Sequence record: OZ035771.1
Direction: 5' to 3' (one strand)
DNA from: Phapecoctavirus DIJ07P2
DNA: 64,000 bases
Below the pieces are notes generated by a model, which saw nothing but the letters and a program-made list of their open reading frames with translations, made no database searches and was not told the origin of the DNA. The translations under genes and the position numbers were made by a program. This document shows, one piece after another, positions 10,308 through 18,972 of the stretch (its first letter is position 1; each line of letters starts with the position of its first letter).

Positions 10308-10370
10308 TCTACACTCGCTATCGCTCGACCCTTCGGGGTTAGGGTAGCATATTTTTTGAAAAAAGTCAAC
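10308..10370. repeat. Intergenic repeat copy 1 (ACTCGCTATCGCTCG ... TTAGGGTAGCATATTTTTTGAAAAAAGTCAA)
   Basis: About 60 bp near-identical to 36054-36116; includes UUCG-type hairpin and, on minus strand, a TTGACT -35-like box. Confidence 0.6.
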
Positions 10371-10372
10371 AC

Positions 10373-10690
10373 TTATTTTTTGGTAAGTAGATAAATCAAT
10401 TGTTCACCTGCTTCTGGTGCATATAGTGCTTTAGTATCGAAGTCAAAGAAGTGAGTGACCCCTGTTACTTTGGATACCCGGATAGATAATCGTGCAAGCT
10501 TAAGCAGATTATCCATTTCCGCAATCTTTGCACGAAACACTGCACGTGTAGCGTCAAAAGCTGCATGTGGCATGTATTTACGATTTAGACTACTACGTTT
10601 AAATTTACGATAATCTGCAATGATCTTGTTGCGTTCTTTGTTCAAGTGCTTTACCAGTGCAGTGTATACATGTGGTTCTTTGTTAGCCAT
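10373..10690 (-). CDS. Hypothetical basic protein (105 aa)
   Basis: Start moved to internal ATG (MANKEPHVY) preceded by GAGGAG RBS. Confidence 0.5.
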   Translation of the reverse strand: MANKEPHVYTALVKHLNKERNKIIADYRKFKRSSLNRKYMPHAAFDATRAVFRAKIAEMDNLLKLARLSIRVSKVTGVTHFFDFDTKALYAPEAGEQLIYLLTKK

Positions 10691-10895
10691 TGTTAATCTC
10701 CTCTTCATATGTTGGTAGTGCATGGTATGCGATCACAGGTGCCAAGTCAAAATAAAAATGACCATTGATAACAGCTATCGTGCCATTGCGTGTTTTGTTA
10801 ACTTCACAGAATCCCTTCTTGCCGTTTGCCATGATTACAAGCCACTCTCCGATAGGAACATCCTCGGTACCAGATACTTTAATCCATCCACTCAC
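10683..10895 (-). CDS. Hypothetical protein (70 aa)
   Basis: ORF overlapping neighbours by a few nt. Confidence 0.45.
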   Translation of the reverse strand: MSGWIKVSGTEDVPIGEWLVIMANGKKGFCEVNKTRNGTIAVINGHFYFDLAPVIAYHALPTYEEEINNG

Positions 10896-11149
10896 TTTAC
10901 TTCCCCTTTGTAATCGGACACTATACCAGGTCTTACTTTTGCCTTAAGATGTTTCAACTCTACCATAGGAGTTGCCACTTGTATAGGGCTAACTTCAACC
11001 TTGTAGATAGTATATTCATAAGTCGCATATTTACCGATGGAATGCAAATACTTAATTGCGTGTTCAGGGGAATCTGCTTCAACATACCCTAAATCTTTCG
11101 TAGTACGACCTTCGGTATCGCCTTCAGTGGTTACGTGATAAAGTGTCAT
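10892..11149 (-). CDS. Hypothetical protein (85 aa)
   Basis: ORF with ATGA coupling. Confidence 0.5.
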   Translation of the reverse strand: MTLYHVTTEGDTEGRTTKDLGYVEADSPEHAIKYLHSIGKYATYEYTIYKVEVSPIQVATPMVELKHLKAKVRPGIVSDYKGEVK

Positions 11150-11469
11150 AAAACCTCCTTCTGGTTGGCTGCTTCAATCATAACGTTAAGAGTCTCCATA
11201 CCGCTTTCAACTGCTTGAGCAATCTCTTGGAACACTGTTTTCTTAAAGATGTATAAAGATCCTGCCTGTAAGCGTTGCACACAGCATAAGAGGGTTTGGT
11301 GATCCATAACAAAGTCTCCATAAGCACAATCAATTTTCCCTGTGATTGGGTTGTCTCGTGAGCGAGGATCGTATTCTAATGTGATATGCGTTACACCAGG
11401 TAAAGTAACAAACTGACAACGGATGTTGACACGTGGTGCAATTGACACGCTAAACAAACTGTTTGACAT
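11146..11469 (-). CDS. Hypothetical protein (107 aa)
   Basis: ORF with ATGA coupling. Confidence 0.5.
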   Translation of the reverse strand: MSNSLFSVSIAPRVNIRCQFVTLPGVTHITLEYDPRSRDNPITGKIDCAYGDFVMDHQTLLCCVQRLQAGSLYIFKKTVFQEIAQAVESGMETLNVMIEAANQKEVL

Positions 11470-11616
11470 TTAAACCTCCTCGTAGTAAGGCAAAGCTTTG
11501 ATCAGCTGTTCTGAAGTGCCATTCTCTGTCCATGTAACCCCGTTGTCAAGAGAAACATACCCTTTCTTATCGATAAATTTACGGAGACAACCAGTGAACT
11601 TGTTTTTGTAGATCAT
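11470..11616 (-). CDS. Hypothetical small protein (48 aa), self-derived
   Basis: MIYKNKFTGCLRKFIDKKGYVSLDNGVTWTENGTSEQLIKALPYYEEV; stop immediately precedes next start. Confidence 0.4.
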   Translation of the reverse strand: MIYKNKFTGCLRKFIDKKGYVSLDNGVTWTENGTSEQLIKALPYYEEV

Positions 11617-12047
11617 TTCTTCTTTCCTTTCTTTAATTTGTTGTGACCTTTACCCTTATAAAGCTTGTGATTACGAGCAGATGGGTTATTTTGGTTCTCC
11701 AGTCGGCTAACAGGTGTATTCCAAAGATTTCCTGCTACAAAAGATGCTGCCACAAGTTCTTCCAGGTATACGAAATCCAAAGCAGGTATCTTTGTTTCCC
11801 TCATCTTGCGTTCTACATTAGACAACACGCCTTCTTCCTTACTGTCTTCTTTTTCAATTACAGACCAACCCTCTTCCTGCCAAGCTTCCCCTCTGAACCA
11901 AGTTTCCATGTTATAACCGTGTTCGTCGAGAATAACACCATCTCGCATCTCAAACCATTCACCACCGCAAAAATAGCTGTGCTCAACACGTCTACCTTCC
12001 TTCATTGCTTCTTTAGCTTCGGTCCAAGTCAGTTTGATGTTTTGCAT
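11613..12047 (-). CDS. DUF2829-like protein (possible Tad2-type anti-Thoeris sponge) with basic tail
   Basis: WTEAKEAMKEGRRVEH...GGEW...WFRGEAW..EGWSV pattern recalled for DUF2829; first gene downstream of a leftward promoter. Confidence 0.35.
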   Translation of the reverse strand: MQNIKLTWTEAKEAMKEGRRVEHSYFCGGEWFEMRDGVILDEHGYNMETWFRGEAWQEEGWSVIEKEDSKEEGVLSNVERKMRETKIPALDFVYLEELVAASFVAGNLWNTPVSRLENQNNPSARNHKLYKGKGHNKLKKGKKK

Positions 12048-12077
12048 TTGTTTTCTCCTCTCGTTTTGTATGAGTTG

Positions 12078-12105
12078 ATCTTAACAGGACTAAAAAGCAT
12101 GTCAA
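12078..12105 (-). promoter_or_regulatory. Leftward sigma70-type promoter (-35 TTGACA, 16-nt spacer, -10 TAAGAT)
   Basis: Reverse complement of 12078-12105 reads TTGACATGCTTTTTAGTCCTGTTAAGAT; followed by GAGAGGAG RBS and the 11613-12047 ORF. Confidence 0.5.
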
Positions 12106-12108
12106 TAC

Positions 12109-12137
12109 TTGATCTGAAATTATTTTCAGGTATCATA
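12109..12137 (+). promoter_or_regulatory. Rightward sigma70-type promoter (-35 TTGATC, -10 ATCATA/TATCAT)
   Basis: Divergent from the leftward promoter; precedes first rightward gene at 12162. Confidence 0.4.
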
Positions 12138-12161
12138 TATGAATATTAACAAGAGAGGTAG

Positions 12162-12455
12162 ATGATGAACATTACTTTAGCAACTAAGAATATTTCTGAA
12201 ACAATTAACGGTTTTGGTGTCATTGTAGCCTTACACGGTAACAACGAGAAATGGTTGGCTTCTTTTGAAGAGGATCGTCAGCACAACATTATTTTAGATG
12301 CTCCTATAAAAATTATGCATATTGTTGGTGAAAGCAAAGTGCTCACTTCCTCCCGTTCAAAAGAACAAATTACAAATGAATTAGTAAAACTGCTTGACAA
12401 TGTTCTTAACATGTTTGATAATGCACCCATCGATACAAAACGTGTCTTAATGTGA
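12162..12455 (+). CDS. Hypothetical protein (97 aa)
   Basis: First ORF of rightward block. Confidence 0.5.
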   Translation: MMNITLATKNISETINGFGVIVALHGNNEKWLASFEEDRQHNIILDAPIKIMHIVGESKVLTSSRSKEQITNELVKLLDNVLNMFDNAPIDTKRVLM

Positions 12456-12467
12456 GAGGAGAACAAA

Positions 12468-12752
12468 ATGTACTATTCACAAGACGAAGCAGCAAACATT
12501 AAACTGGCAGTTGGCGATCTTATTGTGTCACCTAACTACCATTGGGATAACACAGATTTGGTTGAAGTAGTAACTCATGTTGGGTTTGAGGGCGTTGTGC
12601 TCTACACCCTGGGCGGAGGTGTTGTTGGGGAAATGGAACGTTATACAACAACGAAGAAACTGGTAAGCTCTTATCGCATGTTTTTACACCAAGGTTCGGA
12701 AGAGTATACAGCTTTCTTGTTGAAATTAGACGCAGATCGGGAGAAGGCATGA
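12468..12752 (+). CDS. Hypothetical protein (94 aa)
   Basis: ORF with GAGGAG RBS. Confidence 0.5.
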   Translation: MYYSQDEAANIKLAVGDLIVSPNYHWDNTDLVEVVTHVGFEGVVLYTLGGGVVGEMERYTTTKKLVSSYRMFLHQGSEEYTAFLLKLDADREKA

Positions 12753-13108
12753 TGAAAATTGTACACGATGAAATTCAAATAGAAGAAAGTGACCTGATGG
12801 ATTTGGATGCAGCTTTGGGGAAGGTAATCTATGCAGGAATTAAAGCCTTCCGTGAGAAGGCAAACAATAGCACGTTTGTCATGATCCCCACTAAACTGAT
12901 GCGTGTTTTGTATCCAAATAGAAGTGCGCCGTATACAGATGAAGAAGAGGAGACAGGTAGAAGGGAGTGGTTAAATATTTTAGAAAAGATGGAGAATGCT
13001 TTTATTGATAGCGGTAATCCAGAAATCGTGTATGCTGAAGATCAAAGGAAGGCACGATTAGAGGGCCGTCTTTTATTCGCTAGTTATTTTGATAATCTTT
13101 GGAGCTAA
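12749..13108 (+). CDS. Hypothetical protein (119 aa)
   Basis: ATGA-coupled ORF. Confidence 0.5.
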   Translation: MMKIVHDEIQIEESDLMDLDAALGKVIYAGIKAFREKANNSTFVMIPTKLMRVLYPNRSAPYTDEEEETGRREWLNILEKMENAFIDSGNPEIVYAEDQRKARLEGRLLFASYFDNLWS

Positions 13109-13110
13109 AT

Positions 13111-13287
13111 ATGTCTGAATTCTTCACAATGGCTTTCTTAGGGATCTATCTGATTATTAGTGCTGTTGGCTTAATCATGTCTCTAATAGAAGAAATGGGA
13201 ATTAATTGGAATTGTGCATTCGGTATAGCTCTTATGCTCACTCCGGTTTGGATCTACATCTGCAAAGCAGTTGAACTAATTGGTTAA
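13111..13287 (+). CDS. Small membrane protein (58 aa)
   Basis: Start at ATG (MSEFFT); hydrophobic stretch FLGIYLIISAVGLIMSLI. Confidence 0.45.
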   Translation: MSEFFTMAFLGIYLIISAVGLIMSLIEEMGINWNCAFGIALMLTPVWIYICKAVELIG

Positions 13288-13298
13288 TAGGGGGTAAT

Positions 13299-13550
13299 AT
13301 GATTCAGTTCCAAAAAGGTCAAAAGATGACGGTATACGACGCAAAAGATATGGAATTTGCACTTGAACTTCTCGAAGATGCAGGTTTTGTGTGGATCAAC
13401 GGCGGAGAGAAGCCTACGGCTTGGCTTCCACATGAAAAAGTAGTCAACCACACCTTTCCTGACAGTATCAACTGGCATTCTGATGGTAAGATTTGCCGTG
13501 GAAGTTACCCAACAGGTGTCGAGTGGACCATTAAATTAGGAGGGCTTTAA
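13299..13550 (+). CDS. Hypothetical protein (83 aa)
   Basis: ORF with purine-rich RBS. Confidence 0.5.
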   Translation: MIQFQKGQKMTVYDAKDMEFALELLEDAGFVWINGGEKPTAWLPHEKVVNHTFPDSINWHSDGKICRGSYPTGVEWTIKLGGL

Positions 13551-13551
13551 T

Positions 13552-13890
13552 ATGTTTAGTAAAGAGATGAGAGACGTAATTGCCACTCTGGTAGTTGATC
13601 ATGGTGTTGAAGTTGAGCGTCACGTTTGGAAAGATGAGCCTCCTTTCTTTGATTTGGCATCACGGGCTAAAAGTCACATGTATCTCCTTGAAGACGATAA
13701 GGATTTTATTCTGCGTATGCGTTATGATCGAGAGTTTAGAATTCCTCTTGACACAGATCCTGATGATGTAGTATTGTGGTTGGCAGAGCATTTCGCATTT
13801 AACGCTCTACACGGAAGAAGTTTTGGTAATGAACGTTGGGATACCATTTGTCGTAAACATAATATTGAACCAGAATACGGGAGTCTTTAA
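13552..13890 (+). CDS. Hypothetical protein (112 aa)
   Basis: ORF in operon. Confidence 0.5.
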   Translation: MFSKEMRDVIATLVVDHGVEVERHVWKDEPPFFDLASRAKSHMYLLEDDKDFILRMRYDREFRIPLDTDPDDVVLWLAEHFAFNALHGRSFGNERWDTICRKHNIEPEYGSL

Positions 13891-14141
13891 TGCTAAATAT
13901 CAAGCCTAAGATGATTACTGAAGATCAAAAAGATTACATTTATAAATGTGGTCGGGTGTGGAAAGAATACACTAAAGGTAATGAAGTTATTGTAGTTACG
14001 GAACATGCTATTTCTTTATCAGATCTTTTTGGTGATTATTTGCAAGTCATTAAAATTGGTATTGACAGAGGTTTGGTGCAGGTGTTAACATTATCCCAAG
14101 TTGAAGCAGAACACTTAGACAAAATCATTGTCGAGTTCTAA
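13890..14141 (+). CDS. Hypothetical protein (83 aa)
   Basis: ORF with TAATG coupling. Confidence 0.5.
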   Translation: MLNIKPKMITEDQKDYIYKCGRVWKEYTKGNEVIVVTEHAISLSDLFGDYLQVIKIGIDRGLVQVLTLSQVEAEHLDKIIVEF

Positions 14142-14154
14142 GAGGAGAAAGAAT

Positions 14155-14319
14155 ATGATCTCTTTAGAATCAATAGCTTTTAAGAAGGGGTATACCGCAG
14201 GGTTCAAGTTTGGTATGTTTAATAAAGTAAATCCATATTGTCCAAAGACACACAAAAAGGAATTCGAAGAATGGGAAGATGGATTTTCTAAAGGCTACCA
14301 GGCAAAGGGTTGGTTGTAA
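14155..14319 (+). CDS. Hypothetical protein (54 aa)
   Basis: Start at internal ATG after GAGGAG RBS. Confidence 0.4.
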   Translation: MISLESIAFKKGYTAGFKFGMFNKVNPYCPKTHKKEFEEWEDGFSKGYQAKGWL

Positions 14320-14328
14320 GGAGAGAAT

Positions 14329-14493
14329 ATGATTTTAAACTTCATCATCAACTTGTGTTTGACATTGGGACTACTCTGTGCAATAGTATCCCCTCTGGTT
14401 GGTGAATATTTTTCTGAACTGGCGATGTTTATAGTTCTTGGTGCGGCTGTTGCTAACATGTTTGTCGCTGCGATTTGTATGTTGTGGGAATAG
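14329..14493 (+). CDS. Small membrane protein (54 aa), self-derived
   Basis: TAAGGAGAG RBS; two hydrophobic segments (MILNFIINLCLTLGLLCAIV..., ...AMFIVLGAAVANMFVAAICM). Confidence 0.45.
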   Translation: MILNFIINLCLTLGLLCAIVSPLVGEYFSELAMFIVLGAAVANMFVAAICMLWE

Positions 14494-14504
14494 GAGGGAA
14501 GTTT

Positions 14505-14861
14505 ATGAAAAAATTAATCTTAGCCACATTGCTGGCTACCGTAAGCTTCACCACTTACGCTCAAAAATTTGTAGCAGTTAAAACAGATATTGGTAAAGAT
14601 GTTGTGATCACAGGCAACAAGTTTTACTATACACCTGGGAATGGTGTTCTAGAAGAGTGCAAAGATGTTGAGGCATATACAGGAAAAGAAGATAACACGG
14701 AACGTCCTTTTTATTCGATTATAGCTACTTGCAAAAATGAAATAGTAGCTATTAAACAATACAAAGATGCACCTGGAGGAGAGTACTTATTAATCAAGAA
14801 TATTAAGAGTGAAAAAACTGCAAAGTTTACAGTAATTATTTTAAAAGGAGAAACGTTCTAA
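14505..14861 (+). CDS. Putative secreted protein (118 aa)
   Basis: Signal-peptide-like MKKLILATLLATVSFTTYAQ after AGGAGGG RBS. Confidence 0.55.
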   Translation: MKKLILATLLATVSFTTYAQKFVAVKTDIGKDVVITGNKFYYTPGNGVLEECKDVEAYTGKEDNTERPFYSIIATCKNEIVAIKQYKDAPGGEYLLIKNIKSEKTAKFTVIILKGETF

Positions 14862-16000
14862 TGAAATACACTATTTTTGGAGATGTGGCTGTTGTAAATA
14901 AGGAATATGGTGTTGAAGCTAATAAACTTCCTGCTGGAGTTTGGGTTGTCAACTGCGATCCGCACGGTAACTACTCTTTAGTGCGTGGCGAAAGTTTCTC
15001 TCTTCCGAACACTCTTTATGGGGAAACTAAAGACCGCGCCGCACATATTATTAAAACATTTGCTCGTCGTAGTAAAGAAGGTAAAAATACTGGGGTGTTA
15101 CTGACAGGGACAAAGGGCAGTGGTAAGACGATGTTAGCTAAACTGATTAGCATGTCCCTAATGTCCACAGAAGGTTTAGGTATTCCAACCATTTTGGTGA
15201 CACAGCCTTACACAGATGCTGGATTCTTAGAATTTATGAGTAAAATTACAGATCGTGCTGTTGTTTTATTTGACGAGTTTGATAAAGTGTACGCTAAGAA
15301 AGAAGATCAGGAAGCACTGTTGACCTTGTTGGATGGAACAGGAAGTGGAAATAAACTTTACATCCTCACTAAAAATAGTGGCTATATCTCGGAATATTTT
15401 GTAAACCGTCCTAGTCGTATCTACTACAGTTTCAATTACGATAAACTGTCTAGTGAAACTATGTTAGATTACTTGGATAAGAACTTGGTAAATAAAAAGC
15501 ACGTAGATAACTTCCAACGTTTATGGGATGTTAGCACAGAGTTGTCTTTCGATGTTATTCAAGGCATTGTAGAAGAATTGAATTTCTATCCAAAAATGAC
15601 TTTTAAAGAATGTCTGGAAATGATGGGTATTTCTTTAGGCAACGATGCTAAATGGAATGTGGCTTCTATCGTAGCTAATGGCAAAACACTGAAGGTGAAT
15701 TGGATCAATAACTGGCACGACTTCACCCCTACTAAGTTTTTGTCGGGTGCTTGTTCCCTGAACATCTATCTGCAAAGCTTGAAAGATGATGAAGTTGAAG
15801 CAATGGAAACCAACAGTTATGTTATCCTGGATGAAGATGGTGATCCACATATTGATCTATGTGCAACGGCGGATGGTCTAACTTGTGATCTGATTGAAGG
15901 TGGTAAGATTCTGGTTATGAGCACTACACCAGGAAACACTCTGCGAGTGGTGCTGGAGCCTGTAACACAACGTTCCACCACACTGGGTAGCGTGTTCTAA
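14861..16000 (+). CDS. AAA-family ATPase
   Basis: Walker A GTKGSGKT, Walker B VVLFDEFDK, sensor-like ILTKN. Confidence 0.7.
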   Translation: MKYTIFGDVAVVNKEYGVEANKLPAGVWVVNCDPHGNYSLVRGESFSLPNTLYGETKDRAAHIIKTFARRSKEGKNTGVLLTGTKGSGKTMLAKLISMSLMSTEGLGIPTILVTQPYTDAGFLEFMSKITDRAVVLFDEFDKVYAKKEDQEALLTLLDGTGSGNKLYILTKNSGYISEYFVNRPSRIYYSFNYDKLSSETMLDYLDKNLVNKKHVDNFQRLWDVSTELSFDVIQGIVEELNFYPKMTFKECLEMMGISLGNDAKWNVASIVANGKTLKVNWINNWHDFTPTKFLSGACSLNIYLQSLKDDEVEAMETNSYVILDEDGDPHIDLCATADGLTCDLIEGGKILVMSTTPGNTLRVVLEPVTQRSTTLGSVF

Positions 16001-16017
16001 TAAGGCTACCTTATTAA

Positions 16018-16039
16018 ACCCGCTTCGGCGGGTTTTGTT
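16018..16039 (+). terminator. Intrinsic terminator (ACCCGC-TTCG-GCGGGT + T-tract)
   Basis: GC hairpin with UUCG loop followed by TTTTGTT just after AAA ATPase stop; same hairpin recurs at 39114 and 45251. Confidence 0.6.
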
Positions 16040-16077
16040 ATATTGATTTCAGTTTAATAGGAAGAGAATTGTTAGAT

Positions 16078-17076
16078 ATGCCAGTAAAGAAGAGTATTGA
16101 AACATATATGGAAGAATGTAAGCCGATAGCTGAGGCTAAAGGGATTACCATTCTCGGCACGTATGGAGAAGATAAAGGTGTGCATACGAAGATGATCAAT
16201 AGTTGTGAGCATGGTCATGAATGGAATACTACAACGTTTCACAGTTTTAAAGATGGTCGAGGTTGTCCTAAGTGCGCCTACAGGGAACGTTCGAAAAAGA
16301 GAAGCAAAGCTATCACTATTCCAGACCAGCAACACATACAAGATTTTATGAAGGTAGGTAAATTTAAGGAAGGCACTATTTTCACCAATACAGGGGAACG
16401 TAAAGGGTGTGATATAGTATGGATGGTTGAATGTCCTGTTTGCTCTCATGATGAATATGTGGAAGCTGGGGTGTGTGATGGTAAATTCTATGCTACCGGA
16501 AGTCATCTTAAACGTGGGTGTCTCCCTTGCCGCTGTTCTACGAGTTACAAATACACAGAGGATCAGACCACCTATAGAACAAGAAAGGAAGTAGAAAGGA
16601 GAGGATATATATTGGTAGGATGGATCGGTAAACCTTCAACAATGGGTAAGTTTAAATATAGATGTAAGGAGCACGGGGAACAGATAGGGCGTGCAGATGG
16701 TTTGCTACATAAGGGGAGTGGGTGTCCGCAGTGCGGGGGCCAAAATCAACAACAATGTTACATTAATCATATTTATGATGAAGATGGTATTCTTTGTGCA
16801 CTGAAGTTTGGTATTGCCAATAGTAGTGATCGCCGTATCAAAGAACAGAATAGCCGCAATGTGTTTACTATGAGACAAGTTCAAGTGTGGCAGTTCCCCA
16901 CTGTGAAGCAGTGTAAAAATTCAGAAAAGTATTGCAAAAAGGTGTTAGACACAGAAGCAGTGAGCAAATATGCTATGCCAGACGGCTACACAGAAACAGT
17001 GGAGCTATCTTGTCTGGCATCAATACAAAACATTTATAAACTTTATGGTGGAATATTACAGGAGGAAACATGTTAG
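16078..17076 (+). CDS. Cys-rich protein with repeated G-x-G-C-P-x-C zinc-ribbon-like motifs; possible nuclease
   Basis: DGRGCPKCAY, KRGCLPCRC, GSGCPQCGG repeats; function not assignable by eye. Confidence 0.5.
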   Translation: MPVKKSIETYMEECKPIAEAKGITILGTYGEDKGVHTKMINSCEHGHEWNTTTFHSFKDGRGCPKCAYRERSKKRSKAITIPDQQHIQDFMKVGKFKEGTIFTNTGERKGCDIVWMVECPVCSHDEYVEAGVCDGKFYATGSHLKRGCLPCRCSTSYKYTEDQTTYRTRKEVERRGYILVGWIGKPSTMGKFKYRCKEHGEQIGRADGLLHKGSGCPQCGGQNQQQCYINHIYDEDGILCALKFGIANSSDRRIKEQNSRNVFTMRQVQVWQFPTVKQCKNSEKYCKKVLDTEAVSKYAMPDGYTETVELSCLASIQNIYKLYGGILQEETC

Positions 17077-17435
17077 TTGACGTTCAAATTATGCGCAACG
17101 AAAGAATGGACTTCTTTGAAGCAGTAGAGAAACATCTGATCAGATGGGACTATGAATTTGTTCCTGCTGGATGTGGACCAGTAGAGCATTTAGCGGAAGA
17201 CGACGATGTATACATGATCATTCGTCAAGTGTACCAGACAGACCAGTGTGAAGAAACTCCCGAACTGATTTTGTTTGAGTGTAAAGATCTTGCAAAATAT
17301 TTTGACTATGGCGGAAAAGAGGGTCATAATCTCTCCAGATACAATAAACGTCTACTTATCTTAGACTACATGCGGAACAATAAACACAAACTCATCGACG
17401 CAGACGCAGTTTATGGCTACTGGTGGATGGATTAA
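17070..17435 (+). CDS. Hypothetical protein (121 aa)
   Basis: ORF overlapping upstream stop. Confidence 0.5.
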   Translation: MLVDVQIMRNERMDFFEAVEKHLIRWDYEFVPAGCGPVEHLAEDDDVYMIIRQVYQTDQCEETPELILFECKDLAKYFDYGGKEGHNLSRYNKRLLILDYMRNNKHKLIDADAVYGYWWMD

Positions 17436-17448
17436 CAAAGGAGAAACT

Positions 17449-17628
17449 ATGGCACGTTTAGCAGACCATGAAATCTTTAAACCTATTCTGAACCACTATG
17501 ATGAACTTAAAGCAGTGTTGGATTGTTATAGAGAGGATGAAGAACGTTTGGAAGTCAATCTTAAGATAGTTCTGATGAAAGCTTTTCAAGACGGGCAAGC
17601 TAAAGTTTTAGAAGGCATGAAAAAATGA
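17449..17628 (+). CDS. Hypothetical protein (59 aa)
   Basis: Start at ATG (MARLADH) after AAAGGAG RBS. Confidence 0.45.
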   Translation: MARLADHEIFKPILNHYDELKAVLDCYREDEERLEVNLKIVLMKAFQDGQAKVLEGMKK

Positions 17629-18167
17629 GAATAACTGATGAATATGTATTCTTCTTTTCACATAAAGATGTGTTTAGTAATTGGTATATTGCACCCTTTA
17701 CAGAAACTGAACCAGGTTACAATGAGACTTTCTGTTGTGTTGAGCAATATATGATGTGGCGTAAGGCTTTGCTGTTCAAGGATCATGCGATTGCAGCAGC
17801 TATCCTTGATCACTCAACTATACGTGACAACGAGAGGAAACAAGCATACTACAAACGTATGGGTCGAGCGGTATCTGGTTTTAATAATGATATGTGGGAA
17901 GAGAACCGTGAGCGTATTGTTATGCGAGGTTTATGCTTGAAATATGTACAGAATCCAGATTTGTATGCAGACTTACACCTTTACCAATACAAAACGTTTG
18001 TTGAAGCAAGTCCTTACGATAAGGTTTACGGTATTGGAATGGGAATGTATGAACCAGGGGTGCTAAATCCGGTCAACTGGAAAGGGCAAAATCTTTTAGG
18101 TAAATATCATAACAAACTGATCGAAATACTTTTCCCAGACAAAATACCGCAAAGACGATATTTGTGA
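17625..18167 (+). CDS. NADAR-domain (YbiA/DUF1768-like) protein
   Basis: FFFS..DVFSNWY, CCVEQYMMWRKALLF, VEASPYDKVYGIGMG, GQNLLGKYHNKLIEIL match the NADAR pattern as recalled. Confidence 0.65.
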   Translation: MRITDEYVFFFSHKDVFSNWYIAPFTETEPGYNETFCCVEQYMMWRKALLFKDHAIAAAILDHSTIRDNERKQAYYKRMGRAVSGFNNDMWEENRERIVMRGLCLKYVQNPDLYADLHLYQYKTFVEASPYDKVYGIGMGMYEPGVLNPVNWKGQNLLGKYHNKLIEILFPDKIPQRRYL

Positions 18168-18223
18168 TATTTTAACTTTTTTCATTTTTAGAACAAAGGT
18201 GTCACTTTGTAGCACAGAAATAA

Positions 18224-18259
18224 GGCTCCTACAGCACCGTAGAGAGCCTATTATTTTGT
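18224..18259 (+). terminator. Putative intrinsic terminator after the NADAR gene
   Basis: AGGCTC...GAGCCT stem followed by ATTATTTTG. Confidence 0.45.
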
Positions 18260-18390
18260 CCTATACAAACCCTTGTCTTTTTCAGTTTGCATCACTAGGA
18301 TTCGATCTGAGTGGGTTCCTGAAGGTCTGCCAATAAGATTAAAGGTTATCTCAAATTCCCACTACCTATTATCTCAAAAATCCCTCAAAT

Positions 18391-18456
18391 TATTTAAACT
18401 TTTTAAGAATTTACAAAAGTGAAAGTTGAAAACCAAAATTTAAAGTTTAGGAAAAT
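18391..18456. repeat. AT-rich direct repeat, copy 1
   Basis: TATTTAAACTTTTTAAGAATTTACAAAAGTGAAAGTTGAAAACCAAAATTTAAAGTTTAGGAAAATT; near-duplicate at 18529-18593. Confidence 0.6.
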
Positions 18457-18528
18457 TATCTTAAAATGTCAGATACAAAACAAAACTCAAAAGTCAAGGA
18501 AAATTTTAAAAATTTTGCGCGCCCACAG

Positions 18529-18593
18529 TATTTAAAGTTTTTTTGCTTTTACAAAAATGAAAGTACAAAAGCAAAATTTAAAGTTTACAAAAA
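18529..18593. repeat. AT-rich direct repeat, copy 2
   Basis: TATTTAAAGTTTTTTTGCTTTTACAAAAATGAAAGTACAAAAGCAAAATTTAAAGTTTACAAAAATT. Confidence 0.6.
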
Positions 18594-18607
18594 TTTATGC
18601 AGATGGG

Positions 18608-18655
18608 AATGAGAAGAGTTCTCATATGGAAATGCAAATGATAATGATTCGCATT
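18608..18655. promoter_or_regulatory. Fur-box-like palindromic operator candidates (AATGAGAAGAGTTCTCAT; AATGATAATGATTCGCATT)
   Basis: Resemble the 19-bp Fur consensus GATAATGATAATCATTATC as recalled. Confidence 0.35.
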
Positions 18656-18693
18656 TAGGTTTATAAATGAGATTGATTCTTATTTGATAAGGT

Positions 18694-18714
18694 AAATGAT
18701 AATCATTCTCATTT
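18694..18714. promoter_or_regulatory. Fur-box-like operator candidate (AAATGATAATCATTCTCATTT)
   Basis: About 15 of 19 positions match the Fur consensus by eye; shares ATCATTCTCAT core with sites at 28963 and 29141. Confidence 0.4.
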
Positions 18715-18972
18715 AGAGAATGACGCGCAGGGGCGGTGTTTGTCTCGCGCTCCCGTGTCCCCTCGCCATGTAATAAGAATAACAGATCCAGCCAGGAAAG
18801 CAAGCGATTATTTTATCTTTACATTTCTTTACAAATATATAGCGCCCAGCCTACCGGCGATCAACCTTCCAACCAGCGCCCTGGTATGTTAGCCCCGCCT
18901 TTACGCCGTGGGGGTGGCGCTTCCTCTTCTGTATGTAAAACAGTATAAGCCCGATCCCTGGGCTTGTCAAGA

